Below are positions 28,096-42,161 of a stretch of DNA of 64,000 nucleotides, one piece after another. The notes under the pieces were generated by a model. That model was not told the origin of the DNA and searched no databases. It was given only the letters and a program-made list of their open reading frames with translations. Position 1 is the first letter of the stretch, and the number at the start of each line of letters is the position of its first letter. The position numbers were made by a program, and so were the translations under genes. The DNA comes from Octopus vulgaris (Eukaryota), in NCBI GenBank assembly GCA_951406725.2, contig OX597832.1:37076001-37140000 (forward strand), written 5' to 3'.

Positions 28096-28098
28096 ATA

Positions 28099-29612
28099 CT
28101 AGACTACTCATGACCTATTGGGTTACCAGGAAACTCTGAGTTTCCCAGCAACGGAGTTTTGTTTCGTGAGTTTTTTTTTTCCTTTTCCAGGTTATTTTGC
28201 ATGCTTTCAAATGAATGTAACATTGAAATCATGTGTAAACAGCTCCTTTCCTCAGAACAGGAAAGATTTGGCTACTGTTTCTTGCATGCCCTGCTACCAT
28301 GTAACAGGTATTTTGGGTCCTTTATCGCAAATAGCTGTTACGTGGTAAGATACACTGAATGCTCTCAAAAAAAAACCTATGAAAAAAAAACTATTTCACA
28401 CCGAGATTATGTATGGGTCTTTTATGAAATATTTACCATATTTTTAAAGTCATTTTCACTTTAAAATATTTTTTAAATATGCCAAAAAATTTTTGTAATG
28501 GTATTTTCTTGAAAATAATAAAAAAAAAACATTAAAATATTGTCTGTTTAAAGAAAGTTAAAACATAAATACTTACTGTACAAAACAACTTAAATTTTTG
28601 AAATCACATTCACTTAAAATACTTCTAAATGATTAAAATATTGTGTTTAGCAAAAGAGAAAACAGAAACATTTACTGTGAAAAAACAAACCATATTTTTT
28701 CGTTGTCAAGTCACTGTGTCTAATCAAAAGATAAGAGTTCCTTTCCTTTCAGGATTATGATTATTTTCAGAATGTTTTCTCATTATGCACCATTATGGAT
28801 ATTTATATCCAGCAAAACTTTAATATCTCAAAAAAACTACTTGTCCGATTTATGCGAAACTGGTTTCATTCCATCCGTATTAACATTTCAGGGTAAACTT
28901 AATTCATAGTATTTTCCCATTTTGCGCCAGTTTGGTTGGGTAACATTGCAAGCAAGCAAGATTCAAGCAGACTTTTGATATATTACTAGACTACTCGTGA
29001 CCCATTGGGTCACCAGGAAACTCTGAGTTTCCCAGCAATGGAGTTTTGTTTTGTGGGTTTTTTAAAAACTTTTCCAGGTTATTTTGCATGCTTTCAACAA
29101 ATGTGACAGCGAAATCTCGTGTAAATGGCTCCTTCCCCAGAAAAGGAAAGATTTAGCTGCTATTTCTTGCATGCCCTGCTACCACATAACAGGTATCTCA
29201 GGTCCTTTATCGTAAATAGCTGTTATGTGGTAGCAGGGCATGCTGGAAATAGCAGCCAAATCTTTGGAGGTGAGATACGTTTAATGCACTCAAAAAAAAA
29301 AGTTATTTCTCACTGAGGTTACAAATGGGTCTTTTACGAAATATTTACTGTAGTTTTAAAGTCATTTTCACTTTGGAATATTTTTTAAATATGCCAAAAA
29401 ATCTTTTGTAATGATATTCACTTGAAAATAATTTCAAAAAGCTTTAAAATATTGTCTGTTTAAAGAAAGATAAAATATACATACTTACTGTACAAACAAC
29501 TTATATTTTTGAAATTACATTCACTTAGAAATATTTCTAAACAATTAAAATATTGTGTTTAACAAAAGCGAAGATAGAAACTGTAAAAAAAAAAATCTTA
29601 TTTTTTCTTGTC
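28099..29612 (-). mobile_element. Head-to-tail tandem of a non-autonomous Helitron-like element (period 887 bp)
   Basis: Both copies end (reverse) in a gtgacccaatgggtcac-type hairpin plus gagtagtCTAG-T, at 28099 and 28986; about 600 bp colinear. Confidence 0.75.
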
Positions 29613-29667
29613 ATCATAACCAACAGAGTGCTTCTATATCATATATATGTGTGTGTGTGTGTGTGTG

Positions 29668-29810
29668 CGGCAAGAAGCTTGCTTCCCAACCACATGGTAC
29701 CAGGTTCAGTTCCACTGTGTGGCACTTTGGGCAATTGTCTCTTACTATACCCTTGGGCGGACCAAAGCCTTGTGAGTGGATTTGGTAGAAGGAAACTGAA
29801 AGATGCCTGT

Positions 29811-29883
<73 letters not shown>

Positions 29884-30078
29884 ATATTTGTGTGTGTGTC
29901 TGTGCTTGTCCCCCCCACTATCACTTGACAACCGATGTTGATGCGTTTACATCCCCATAACACCAGCAGTTCGGCAAAAGAAACTGATAGAATAAGTTCT
30001 GGAGTCAAAATTTGTTCAGCTGAAGGTGGTGCTCCAGCATGGCCACACTCAAATGATTCAAACAAGTAAATGAGTAAA
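29668..30078 (+). mobile_element. tRNA-derived SINE (25016 family)
   Basis: Colinear with 25016-25425. Confidence 0.82.
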
Positions 30079-30753
30079 TGAATAAACGAATATGTATCTA
30101 TAACCAGACAACATTACTGCATCTCGTGATCAGCAGCTCCCTGTGCTATATTTATTAAACGAACAGTTTGTCAAATTAAATATCTTGGTAGATTTGAGCA
30201 AGAATTTCGCAGTCTAGCTTTGCCAGTTGCTTCTTCAATCCAGAGAGCTTGTCATATAATTCTGTATTTTACCGAAGGCCAAGAAAACTGACAAATGTTA
30301 TATTACTTAAACAACTTACAGAGTCTGTTATACAACGCAGCTTTTATCACTCATTATTCGAAGATTCTTATAAAAATAGGATTTCCTCTCGTTAACAATA
30401 AAAAGTAATTATTGTTCAAGAATCAGCGACATTGGTCGTCAGAGAACTCTACTTGATACTCTCCCAGACATGTTCTATTTAGCTATACCGTTTTAATAAC
30501 GATCGTAATGTTCTCTGTGTGTGTGTGCGCATGCATATGTGTGTTATGTCTATGTATATATCTTTAGGTGTTTATACATGTGTTTGTGTGTCCATATATA
30601 TCTGTATGTATGCATATATATATAAAAGTTCAGCAAAAATTTAGATTCAGGTGAATATGGTACTTAAGTTGAGGCACCAGAATTTAGTACGATATTATCC
30701 ATACAATTTCAAAATAAGGTGATTAGAATCAAAATAAACGGATATCTTTGTTG

Positions 30754-30809
<56 letters not shown>

Positions 30810-30816
30810 TATATAC

Positions 30817-30867
<51 letters not shown>

Positions 30868-30868
<1 letters not shown>

Positions 30869-31504
30869 TAGCAGTATCGCCCGGCGTTGCTCGGGTTTGT
30901 AAGGGAAATAACTATATAAGCATTTTTAGAGAGTTATAGCCAAAAAATAGCAAAAAATACATTAAAAATGGAAAAAATATGATGGTAAATTTTTTTTTAA
31001 ATCGTTGACTCATCGTAGACATTTTTAGAGAGTTACTTCCCTCATATAATAGCGAAAAAATGCATTAAAATGGAAAAAAAACGATGGTAAAATTTTTTTT
31101 AAATCGTAGACTCATGTAGACGCTTTCTTAGCCATTTCTGTTTTGGTGTCTTCAAGCCATGAAGTCGTTGTTCTAAAAGAACGCTGGTCTCCTTGACAAC
31201 GCATTACGACGTTGATTTCCTTACACTCCCTTCCCCACAGGTGCAGGTGTGAGCGTGGACGCCAACTCCGCCGCCATCGACACACGAAAAATTATGCATT
31301 AAAATGGAATAAAAAATGATGTTAAATTATTTTTAAAATCGTAGACTCATCGTTGACGCGCGCTAATAGTCAGACGGGCTCGATATGAATCACGACTATA
31401 AGCTACCCGAATTTGGTTAAACTGCACCGCAAAATGTGGGAGTAGTTAGGAATCTAAATCGAAGGGGACAGACACTCACACAACTACAGTTTTATATATA
31501 TAGA
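30868..31504 (-). mobile_element. Complete non-autonomous Helitron
   Basis: Reverse strand A|TCTATATATATAAAAC ... cccgagcaacgccggg hairpin, cgatactgCTAG|T; three internal ~60-bp subrepeats. Confidence 0.88.
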
Positions 31505-31579
31505 TATACATAGCGCAGTAGTGGTGAGATGTGACAGCAAAGAAAAGCATACATTCACTCTCTGCATGCAATTAGACTC

Positions 31580-32115
31580 GGAAAGTTCGTGAGGAACCCA
31601 TTGACCCAATTTGCTGACTTTTCCGATAGCACACAGGTCTCAATGAATGGTTGAATGACCAAATCCAAGCTTCTCTGCTAGTTCCTCAACAGTTACGATG
31701 AGATTTTGTTCCACCAGGGTTTTCAGGATGTCCTTGTCGAGTTCTACAGATCTTTCAGGATGAGGCTCGTCTTCTAGGCTGTAGTTTATGGCTCGGAATT
31801 TCTGGAACCACCATTGACACTGCCTTACGCTTATTGTCCAATCCCCATATACTGCATTAATATTTCTTGTACTTTCCGTTGCGTTGTTGTCTTTATTGAA
31901 CTCATAAAGCAAAATATGCCAAATATGCTCCTTTGTTACTTACAATATAGCTTTGAAAAAAATAGCTGTTAAAATCGAAATGCACTCTTCAAAACTTGCA
32001 CTATGAATAAGGACAAGATAAAATTACTACCTGCTTTTATAGCAAGTTAATATAAGTAGTTTATCCCATTCCCCTGTGACATTTAGTTCAAGCTGTTGAA
32101 AAAACCGCATTATTA
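31580..32115 (-). mobile_element. mariner transposase 5' half (HTH region), decayed
   Basis: LLYEFNKDNNATESTRNINAVYG...WFQKFR...LEDEPH...GKVSKLGQWVPHELS (WVPHEL motif). Confidence 0.9.
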
Positions 32116-32131
32116 TATATATATACATACA

Positions 32132-32163
<32 letters not shown>

Positions 32164-32714
32164 CACACACACTCTCTCTCACACACATGCACACATTTAT
32201 ATTCTGTTATTGTTTTATACGTTTCAGCCTTGAGGTTGTGGCCATGCTGGATCATGTGTGTGTGTGTGTGTGTGTGTCTATCTGTCTGTCTCTCTGTATG
32301 TATATATGTATATGTATGTGTGTGAACAATAATATTTTCAACAGATGTGTTGCAGATGTATCTGATTGTTCTCAAGCTTCAATACTGTGTGTGTGTTTAT
32401 GTGTGTGTGTGTATGTATGTATGTATATGTATGTATGTATGTATATGTATGTATGTATGTATGTATGTGTGTATGTATGTATGTGTGTGTGTATGTATGT
32501 ATGTGTGTGTGTATGTGTGTGTATGTATGTATGTATGTATGTATGTATGTATGTATGAGTGTATGTTTACTTTATTACTCTCTGGCTATTTACTCTCTTC
32601 CAAGAACATTTTCACTCACTCTTATGTGTTAGCTTCCCATACATTTTACTCATGTATCTATCAGCGTCATAGTCGTCATCGCATTCTATTGTCTACCTGT
32701 CAACACACTGAATT

Positions 32715-32983
32715 AGTTTCACTTTATTCGTAGCACACTGTGTGTGTGCGTTTGCGTGTGGTGTAAACCAGACTAAGAAAAGCATTTGACACACACACCA
32801 GAATGTGAGTTTTCTGTAAATTTTGCTTAATTGGAGTTTAAATTTTAAAAACTGGACCTGGCATGACGCGATGCATTGTACTCTTAAAATTGCTAGGTAA
32901 ATTGTAATTGAAGAAATCCTATATTGTAGATTTGTATAACTCCCAAAGGGAGGCAGATAAAATCTGCCTTTTATAATAAGAGA
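32715..32983 (-). mobile_element. Helitron-like 5' end
   Basis: Reverse strand begins A|TCTCTTATTATAAAAGGCAG. Confidence 0.45.
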
Positions 32984-33004
32984 TATATATATATATACAT
33001 ATAT

Positions 33005-33363
33005 ATATATATGAACAGCAAAATGTCTGTGTGCGTGTCCTTTATACAAATCCACAATTTTTCAGTTAGAGGGCTCGCACTTTCTATGGTCATTCAAAAC
33101 CATTCAAGTGTGGTCGTACACATCTTTACATTTCCCCAGTCACCCCGCAAAGCCATTAAAAAATCAATAGAAGTGACTTTTTTGTGAATTTTCTATCCAA
33201 AACCCAATCAAAATGCCCGAAACTTGATACGCCAATTGAATGCCAGCTAGCTGTATGTGATTGGTCGGAGATTTGGACAGTATTTGCGTGTATGTGCGCA
33301 CGCATGCAGCTGTATATGCATGCACTAGCACTATGACCTGACGTTGCCGAGTCATACTGCTAG
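33005..33363 (+). mobile_element. Non-autonomous Helitron
   Basis: 3' tatgac...gtcata hairpin then ctgCTAG|T. Confidence 0.7.
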
Positions 33364-33371
33364 TAATATAT

Positions 33372-34545
33372 ATAATGGTAATGTCGCTACCCGTGTCTGA
33401 CTGCATTTTAACAGTTGTATTTCTGATTTTCACCTTCATGAATTTCCTCCTCATTATAATTCCAATTTCTTCCGATGACATAATTTATTCTTTCACCTTT
33501 TTTCTGATGTTTTATTATCTTCGTTCTTCAGTGCGACTTTATATGTCTTATATTTCCACAACGAAAACACTCTTCTTTCTTAAATGGACAATTTTTCCTC
33601 AGGTGTATACTTCCACATGCAAAACATGAGTTTATTCCCTGGTGTTTGTTGTGTTTTTCAGAAAACACTTTATTTCCATTCGGACGATTCCCCACTGGTT
33701 TTACTTGGAAACAGTCTCTACGTTCAATATCCTCTGTGCTGTGTCTTAATTTAAATATCCTTTCACATTCTTCAGACACCTTTTGCAGGGTTACATCCTG
33801 GCTTTGCCCCAGCTTTGCAGGAGGTCTCATTCTGACTTCTGTGTCCTTTTTGGCAGTTAGTCCCTGTATAAAAATCAGGCATTTGACCTTATTTGGAGTT
33901 TATCCAGTTTAAACTTCTTGCATTCCCTATTTACTCTACCAGCATATGTAATAAAATCTTCGTTGTTGTTTTTCTCTATGTTTCGACATTTCTGTGTGTT
34001 GAACAATAAGCTTTTTCACTGAAAATTTTACACAATATATCTATTTGTATCATTAAAGTTTATGTCTGAAGGTTTTCTTGGAAGTACATAATTACTGCAT
34101 TGTTTGTGTTGTGTTGCTGTGAGTTTTCTCAAGATTAATTGCGGTTTCATCTCGTCATCCTAATCTTTATATTCTTTCGTGAAGATTTGCTCATATCTTC
34201 TGCAGTATGCTTCGAAGGTAACTCCTTCGTCAGGTTCGTATTTAAATTCAGTTACTGAATTCACAACACAGTCTGGTGAGAAGATTTTTTCTGACTTTCC
34301 TGAAGTCTTCAGTAATTACAGAATTTGTTGCTGTAATATCATTTGTTGTTGTTGTTGTTGCTTCTGTTGTTGCTCTTGCAGTTGTATCTGCTGTTTTTGT
34401 TGCTGTTTTTGCAACATAAGCAAACCTGCCAACAAATTTTCCATACTTTTACGATTTTTCATAAAATTCATACACAAACTTTGTGAGTTGAACTCCTCTT
34501 CAAGTTTCCATTAACTCCACAGGAATTGGTTTATCCTCGTCGCCA
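33372..34545 (-). mobile_element. Decayed Ty3/Gypsy LTR retrotransposon (PBS, gag, protease)
   Basis: PBS TGGCGACGAGGAT (34533-34545, tRNA-Ser type); gag from ATG 34444 with polyQ; knuckles CFACGSIHLRKNC and CFRCGNIRH; protease MQSDTGSD; stops and frameshifts. Confidence 0.88.
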
Positions 34546-35850
34546 CTATTATAAAGCAGTATGTTGTCTCGCTGTTGTAGCTGTCTTTGTACAATAGTTG
34601 TCACTTTGACAGATGTTGTTATATTCCGAAGACATTAATAAAATGTTTCTACCTGGCACTGTACAACCCCCAGTCATACAGTGTTATTATCGTCAAATGG
34701 TTTGATCATTGTAATGCCCACACGGTATTGCAGTATAATTACTAGGCCACTACAGACATGACCAACAACAGAGTCTAATATGTACTCTCATACTTTACGT
34801 ACTCTCTTGATACTGGCCGATGTCTCTTTACTTATAGTGACCTTCCCATTCTGTAGGTGGAATGTACCATTATTATTAAAGTAACTAATCTTTATTCTAT
34901 CCTGAGGTAATAATACACACTACAAAAATCACCAAAACACTACATACACAGAATTTTCATGGAAAAGTGTGAAATTTACTAAGTTTGTGTTTGTTTTCAT
35001 AAAAACTCGTATATTACCCATGTGCGGCAAAACAATTGTGAATAATCAGACCAAGGATCGAAACTTCCCTACTTACACAGTAAAAAATCCAATTGTCTTA
35101 GAGAATAAGTGGAGTAAAGAAAAAACGTATGATATACAATTCTTCTGTCATTTCATTATTACGATCTGTCGAAAGCCAACAATTGAGGTAAGAACAACTT
35201 TGTTTACATTGACCAATTCCTCATGTGGCTTTATTTTCTTATATATAAACAGATATGTTGTTCAAAGGCAACAAGAGAGGTAAGAACGACTTTGTTTACA
35301 CTAACCAGTTCCTCGTGTGGTATTATTTTCCCATATATAAACAGAAAGGTGTCTGACTTATATATCTAGATTTCCAGGAAAGCAGTAATTGAATACGTGA
35401 TTAATTATTTAGTTAATTAATTAATTAACTACACGTGACTTTATATATAAATCATTTTAAAGCTCTAAATCTTTTTAGGTACTGCACTTTAAATTAATTT
35501 TTCATTCAACTGAAATTTTACGAAAATAACTAAAATCTGTTTTCCTTTTATATTTACGATCCCAAAATATATAAGTCTCTCCACTTCTTATACTCTTCGA
35601 TCTAATCTGCGATTGATTAATTTCTCAATTCTTCTCTCTCTCTCTCGTCCATGTCTCTCCCCTGTTGCACACCCCCACTCTCTCTCTCTATCACGCGTGC
35701 ACGCACACACTCACATGTACACACACACACACATACTCTCTTTTGTTCTCTGTCTCTCTCTCTCACTCTCTCTCTTTTTCTCTTGCTCTCTCTCTCTCAC
35801 TCTCTCTCTCCTGCTCTCACTCTCTATCTCCTGCTCTCTTTCTCTCTCCT

Positions 35851-35910
<60 letters not shown>

Positions 35911-36391
35911 TACCTATCTGTTGAATATGTGTGTATTTGGGAATATGTCGATAGAAAAATTATAGATATACTCTCAAAGTCACACACATCTCTTGATTGA
36001 CTAATCTCTCAATCCCCCCCCCATGTCGCTCTCCCTATAACAGCCCACACTCTCTAGCACACACACACACATGTATACACACTCATTCTCTCTCACTCTA
36101 TGTCCCCTCCTCACTCTCTCTTGCACTCCCTCTCTCTCTCTCTCTCTTTTGATCTCTCTTTTCCTTGTATACCTATACATTGAACATGTCTGTATATAGA
36201 AATATGTCTATAGAAAGATTATAGTTGTATACACAAAGTCACAAGGATCACTCTTCGCTATCCCAGCTAATACCCCTCCCAACTGTGCACGCATAGATCA
36301 AAACAGATTGTATCTCTTTCTTCCCCTCTCCCTCTCTCTCCTTACCTCAATATTTCTCTAAACATATACAAGAGGCAACAGCAGGCTAAAG

Positions 36392-36793
36392 ATGTCTTGA
36401 AATTGGATCAGCGCTGAACTGAAACTGTTACTAAAAGGATGGAATATAGCTGAAGGAGTCAATCCAAATAATATTATAAAGGCAGCTCTAAAGAGCAATG
36501 GCTACAGAAGGACCACAGCTCAGACAGAAGGGAAAAAACGAGAGTTGATCCACTCCTATGCTCTCATCAAACCTCACATTAACACACTTAACACCATCTT
36601 TGCACAGGAACTCATAAACAGCAAGGATGGAGACCCTGTTGTGAGTAACAGACATACCCCTGGCCCTACCGATCCACAAGGGAATTTATCTGAAACCATA
36701 ACTAAAATTGAGAAACCTGCCAAGGAAGAAGACATCAGCACTGATGGCCCTACCAGCACCAATATCAACACCAAACAGGACAAAAGAGCAAAT
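36392..36793 (+). pseudogene. Myb/SANT-like (trihelix) protein, copy A, stop at codon 3
   Basis: MS*NWISAELKLLLKGWNIAEGVNPNNIIKAALKSNGYRRTTAQTEGKKRELIHSY; fits W..E...LL..W and L...GY.RT..Q...K...L...Y. Confidence 0.72.
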
Positions 36794-36811
36794 GTATATA
36801 TGTGTGTGTAT

Positions 36812-36846
<35 letters not shown>

Positions 36847-36852
36847 CATATG

Positions 36853-36885
<33 letters not shown>

Positions 36886-36958
36886 CTATACATCACCATG
36901 ATTGACCACTAACTCGAAAACTTTTTTTTATTCTGTCTCTGTTTATTTCCTCATGTTC

Positions 36959-36994
36959 CTTTCTGATGAAGAGCATAGGCTCGAAAAGTAAAAG
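36959..36994 (+). ncRNA. Degenerate minimal hammerhead
   Basis: cttt-CTGATGA-a-gagc(atag)gctc-GAAAaGTA-aaag; a more decayed copy at ~37065-37100. Confidence 0.55.
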
Positions 36995-37194
36995 ACTTTC
37001 TCACCTTCCTGAACGTCAAACTAATACACCAGCTTGTTGCTTACACACCCGTCTTCATCTTTTGCTTTTCTGTAAGAGCGTAGGCTCGAAACTTAAAAGA
37101 CTTTTTCTATTCCTGAACATTATACTAATACATCTGTTTGTTTTGTACACCACCTGTCTTAGTCTTTTGTTTTTTTCATGAACTCCCCCTATAT

Positions 37195-37239
<45 letters not shown>

Positions 37240-37639
37240 AACATGTATCTCTGTACACATGTACATATATATGGATATATGTGTGTGTGTGTATGTATAT
37301 ATATGAGGGGGATGACCACTATGTGGACAACCCTTATACTAGAAGTAGATCTGCTGTGGTCTTACTACTAAGAAATGTTCTAAAGAAAAATTTAGCAAAC
37401 ACCAGAACGTAATTGAGCAACAAAAAGAGACGAATTTTGATTATCCCCACGTGGTGAGTCGTAATGCATAAAATATATATATAAATAAAAGAAGGGAAGT
37501 GCACATACTTTACATAGTTTTAATATATTTTTTATTATATTTTACGTTGTGTTTGTCGGCCGGTTTCACTTTCGCTAATCATGACATTAAAATTATTGTA
37601 TTTCAAATGTGTAGCTTCCATGAATGATTTCATAAATGT

Positions 37640-38340
37640 CCAATATGCGCACCACCTGAGACATGGCACACGTTAAATCAGTAGTCCAGCTCCTCCCAAA
37701 CATGCTGCAGTATGTCTTGGGTAAAAGTCTCCAGAGCAGTAATGATTCTCTGCTCAAGTTCCTCTAGGTTTTCAGGAAGAGTGGGGACATAGACCTGGCC
37801 CTTCACATAGCCCCAGAGAAAAAGACTTGCAAGGTCTCAGGTCAGGTGAAGATGGCGGTCATTTCAACAGCACATTGTCTTCATCATCAGCACACTCTAT
37901 CCCTCTCCCTCGCAGATTGTCATTGAGATAGGCCTGCTCAGTAAGCTTCTGGTGAGGTTTAACCCTGTCCTGTTGAAAAATGAAGTCCTCGTGTTCATTT
38001 GCAATGAGCTCATCCATTAATGAGTTCTGAAGCATTTGCAGATAAACATCATCGGACACATTTACCTTAAAGCAAAATGGACCATGAAGATGCTTCTTGG
38101 AGATAGTGGAAAACACATTCACTTTTGGTGAGTCCCTCTCATGCTCAATTGTGGCATGAGGATTTTCTTTCACCCCAAATGCGAACATTATGCTGATTGA
38201 CTTTGCCATTTGTATGAAATGTGGCCTCATCACTGAAAACAAGACGTTCCCTGAACTGGGTTTCTTCAAGTTTCTCTTGCATATCAACAAAAGATTGTTT
38301 GCACTTTTGCTTGTCATCTGCCCTTATGACCTGAACGAGC
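37640..38340 (-). mobile_element. rosa/DD41D-like mariner transposase remnant
   Basis: ENPHATIEHERDSPKVNV, FQQD, *PPSSPDL.PC, WGYVKGQVY. Confidence 0.85.
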
Positions 38341-38634
38341 TGCAGAAAAGCAATAATTGAATAAGTAACAAATTATTTAGATAATTACTTAATTAACTAC
38401 ATGGGTATTTATATATATAAATCTTTCTAGGCTCTGATTTTTTAAATTAATTTTTCAGACAACTGAGATTTTACGAAGATCAGTAAGTTCAGTTTTGCTT
38501 TATATTTACGATCCCAAAACATAAATGTCTCTCCACCAATTATATCCTTTGATTTAATCTGCGATTAATTGATTAGTTTCTCAATTCTTCTCACTCCCCT
38601 TATAGCACCCCACAACATTCTCTCTAGCACGTGT

Positions 38635-38693
<59 letters not shown>

Positions 38694-38962
38694 AACACAC
38701 ACACATACACTCACTCTCATTCTTTCTCTCAATCTCACTCTCTGTCTGTCTCTTGCTTTCTCACTCTCTCTCTCTCCTTGTTAAACATATGTGTATATAG
38801 GAATATGTCTATAGAAAGATTATAGTTATATACTCAAAGTCACACAGAGGTCTCCTCCCTATTCCAACTAATATCCTCCCTCCCCCCACCTGTGCATGCA
38901 CAGATCAATATAGCTTAGACCTCTCCGAGCTATATTGGCACAGGACGTGAAACAGTCTAAAG

Positions 38963-39193
38963 ATGTATTGGAATTTGGTCAGTACTGAACTGAAACTTTT
39001 ATTAAGAGGATGGTAAATAGCCAAAGAAGGAGAAGGATCGAGACCGTGATGTGAGTGACAGACATTCCCCTGGCCCTACTGATCCTCAAGGGAACATATC
39101 TGAAATAAAAACTAAATCCTGCCAAGGAATAAGACACCAGCACTGATGGCCCTACCAGCACCAATACCAACACCAAACAGGACAAAAGAGCAA
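38963..39193 (+). pseudogene. Myb/SANT-like copy B, internally deleted
   Basis: Aligns to the start and end of copy A; GY.RT region missing. Confidence 0.65.
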
Positions 39194-39259
39194 ATATATA
39201 TACATATATGTATATATATATATATGTTTATATATATGTGTGTGTGTATAAATATATAT

Positions 39260-39383
<124 letters not shown>

Positions 39384-39384
39384 C

Positions 39385-39650
39385 AGGAAAAATTCCCGAC
39401 TCCATAAACAAGTTCTCTCCAGCAGTCCTTGTCCATCATCATCGCTGCTATGTCCTGCATCTCCCAGAGACCAGCGTCTGTCCTTAGGGCATCAACATAT
39501 GTCATCCTCAGTCTCCCTCTTCTCGTGTGTCCATGTAGGGGCTCCCACAGGAGCACTGAGTTCAGTATCAACTCTGAATTATAGGGAGCATGTCCAGCTA
39601 GCTTCAGTTTCCTCTGTGTTATTTTCGCATGGAACTCCTCTGCACTCACA
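39385..39650 (-). mobile_element. RTE/RTEX-like LINE C-terminus
   Basis: RKLKLAGH...VLLWEPLHGHTRRGRLRMTYVDALRTDAGL...MMDKDCWR. Confidence 0.85.
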
Positions 39651-40039
39651 CTGTGCCCCCTTGGTTGGACTATAGGCTGAGCTGACTGTCAGCCTTGGGT
39701 TTCCATTGATGGTTACCCTCAACACTCGTGGAGAGACAGGTCCTCACTAACAAACTGGCTCTTGCACTGTACACAAAACCTCCTCCTCCTCCTCCCACTG
39801 CAGCACCAGCCATGATCCTTACTGCTGATGTGGGGATGAACTGGCTCCTCTTTCCAATTATCACTCTCTTCATGGGATCATCATGTAGAATTCTGTGTTC
39901 TTAGAGAGCAAGTATCTGCATGCCACTCTCCTCAAACAGATGACCCGACTCTTCTCTCTTCTCCTGTGTCCAAACAGTCTCCACATTCAAAGGGTCAATT
40001 TTTGTGGTTCTTCTGACCAAATATTTTCAAGATTCACTC

Positions 40040-40200
40040 CTGAACTATACGTGTTCAGATTGTCCTTGCACAGGGGCCATCCAGATTTCCATCATCGCCG
40101 TGAACAGGAATTAATCTTCTCTCTTCACTCCTTTGCACCACATGGGCTCAACACCCCTCCTCTCTCCTCTCTTCACACCCACTTCTTCTCTCTTGCTCTG
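40040..40200 (+). mobile_element. Penelope GIY-YIG endonuclease C-terminal remnant
   Basis: RREQELIFSLHSFAPHGLN fits the R..E...I..L....P.GLN terminus. Confidence 0.7.
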
Positions 40201-40512
40201 ACACCTACTTCCTCTCTTTATTCCTACCCACCTTCTCCCTTCCACCTCTCTTCATCGTTAACCCCTCCATCCACACCCCACCACTACACATCTCAACCCC
40301 ACACCTCATCACTACAACACACCCCACCCTTGCATCCCCCACCCTCGCATCCCCCCACCCTAACACTACCACACCACATACCACCACAACACAACACACC
40401 ACACATCACCACACCACATTACACCGCCCTGCACACACTAGCATTGAATTTAATGTTAATGTCTTATGAAGCTAAATTTATAAGTTCTAAAATTGCAGAA
40501 GAATTCGTTACT

Positions 40513-40586
40513 GGGCAGTTTAGCTTAATCGTAAAGCACTTGACGTGTAATCACAGGGATGTGAGTTCAAGTCTCCTGGCTGGCTG
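40513..40586 (+). pseudogene. tRNA-like sequence (TGT at the anticodon position), probably a repeat head
   Basis: tagcttaatcgtaaagc A-box/D-arm and gagttcaagtctc B-box/T-arm; acceptor and anticodon stems mispaired. Confidence 0.5.
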
Positions 40587-40683
40587 GTGACGTATTTTTC
40601 TGCAATGTATGGATAATTTATCCTGTTCTTGCTATTTTATTAGCATTATCATGTATTTGAGAATAAAAAATTTATTTCTGCAT

Positions 40684-40722
<39 letters not shown>

Positions 40723-41480
40723 TGGTATATATATTGGTATGTATGTATGTATATGTACACATATAAATGTATACCTATATAGATATATACATATACAGCT
40801 ATTTATATAAATATATATATGTATGTATATGTGTGTGTGTATATATATATAGCTATATATATAAATATTTATGTATATATATATATACATACATACATGC
40901 ACACACACACACACACACACATACACACACACTACTCATGCGGCATTATTTTCTTATATAGAAACAGATCTCTTGAAAGTGAACAACCGAGGTAAGAATG
41001 ACTTTCTGTTCACTGTTGCCTCAAGCAGCAATATTTTCTCATATATAAAGGTGTCTGACTTATATATCTAAATTTCCAGGAAAGTAGTATTTGAGTAGGT
41101 AATTAACTATTTAATTAATTAATTAACTACACATGCCTTTATATATAATTTTTTTTGGGCTCTAAATGTCTTTAGTCTCTGTGCTTTAAATTAATTTTTC
41201 AATCAACTGAAATTTTACGGAGAGAAATAAATTCCATTTTTCTTTATATTTACGATGCCAAAATATATAAGTCTCTCCACCGTTACATCCTTTGATATTT
41301 AATCTGTATCTTTTCTTGTAGCACCCCATCCACACTCTCTAGCACATCTACATGTGCACACACACATAGCTACTTACACACTCCCTTTTGCTCTCCCTCT
41401 CACTCTCTTTTGTTCTCTATCTGTCTGTCTTGTTCTCTCTCTCTGTCTCTCTCTCTTGCTCTCTCACTCTTGTTCTCTCG

Positions 41481-41521
<41 letters not shown>

Positions 41522-41719
41522 TGTATACCTATCTCTGGAACATGTGTATATATGGGAATATGGCTCGAGAAAAGTTATTTGGATTGCAAGAAGAGAAAAT
41601 AAAGAAGTAAAAAGAAAAATGCTTTGTAATGAAATTTCAATGGGTTGACCAAATCAAATTGAAAAGAAACCTCTCTTTCTCCCTCTCTTTTTCTCTTTCT
41701 CTATTTATCTGTCCGTCTG

Positions 41720-41798
<79 letters not shown>

Positions 41799-42091
41799 GT
41801 CCATTCCCCATCCTTCATTATTTCCCCCTCGTTCTTGATTGTCTTGAAACCTCTCTCTCTGTCTATTTTTCTCACCCTCTTTGCTTTTCTTTCTCTCTTT
41901 CCCCCGTTTTCCCCCCAAAAAAAACAAATATTTTTCTCATCTAATCAAAGTAAAAAAAACCCATTTAATTCAACAAAACATTCTGTTTTTACCATTTTAA
42001 TTTTGTCTTGACAAATTCAATAAGTGAAAGAAAGCACTAATACAGAATTATTCAAAATTCTGATCTCCCTCTTTCTCAATATATATATACC

Positions 42092-42161
<70 letters not shown>

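Noticed and set aside
34547-34875. 5' LTR of the Gypsy remnant
   Set aside because: Position fits, but TG...CA termini are not intact and there is no second LTR to confirm it
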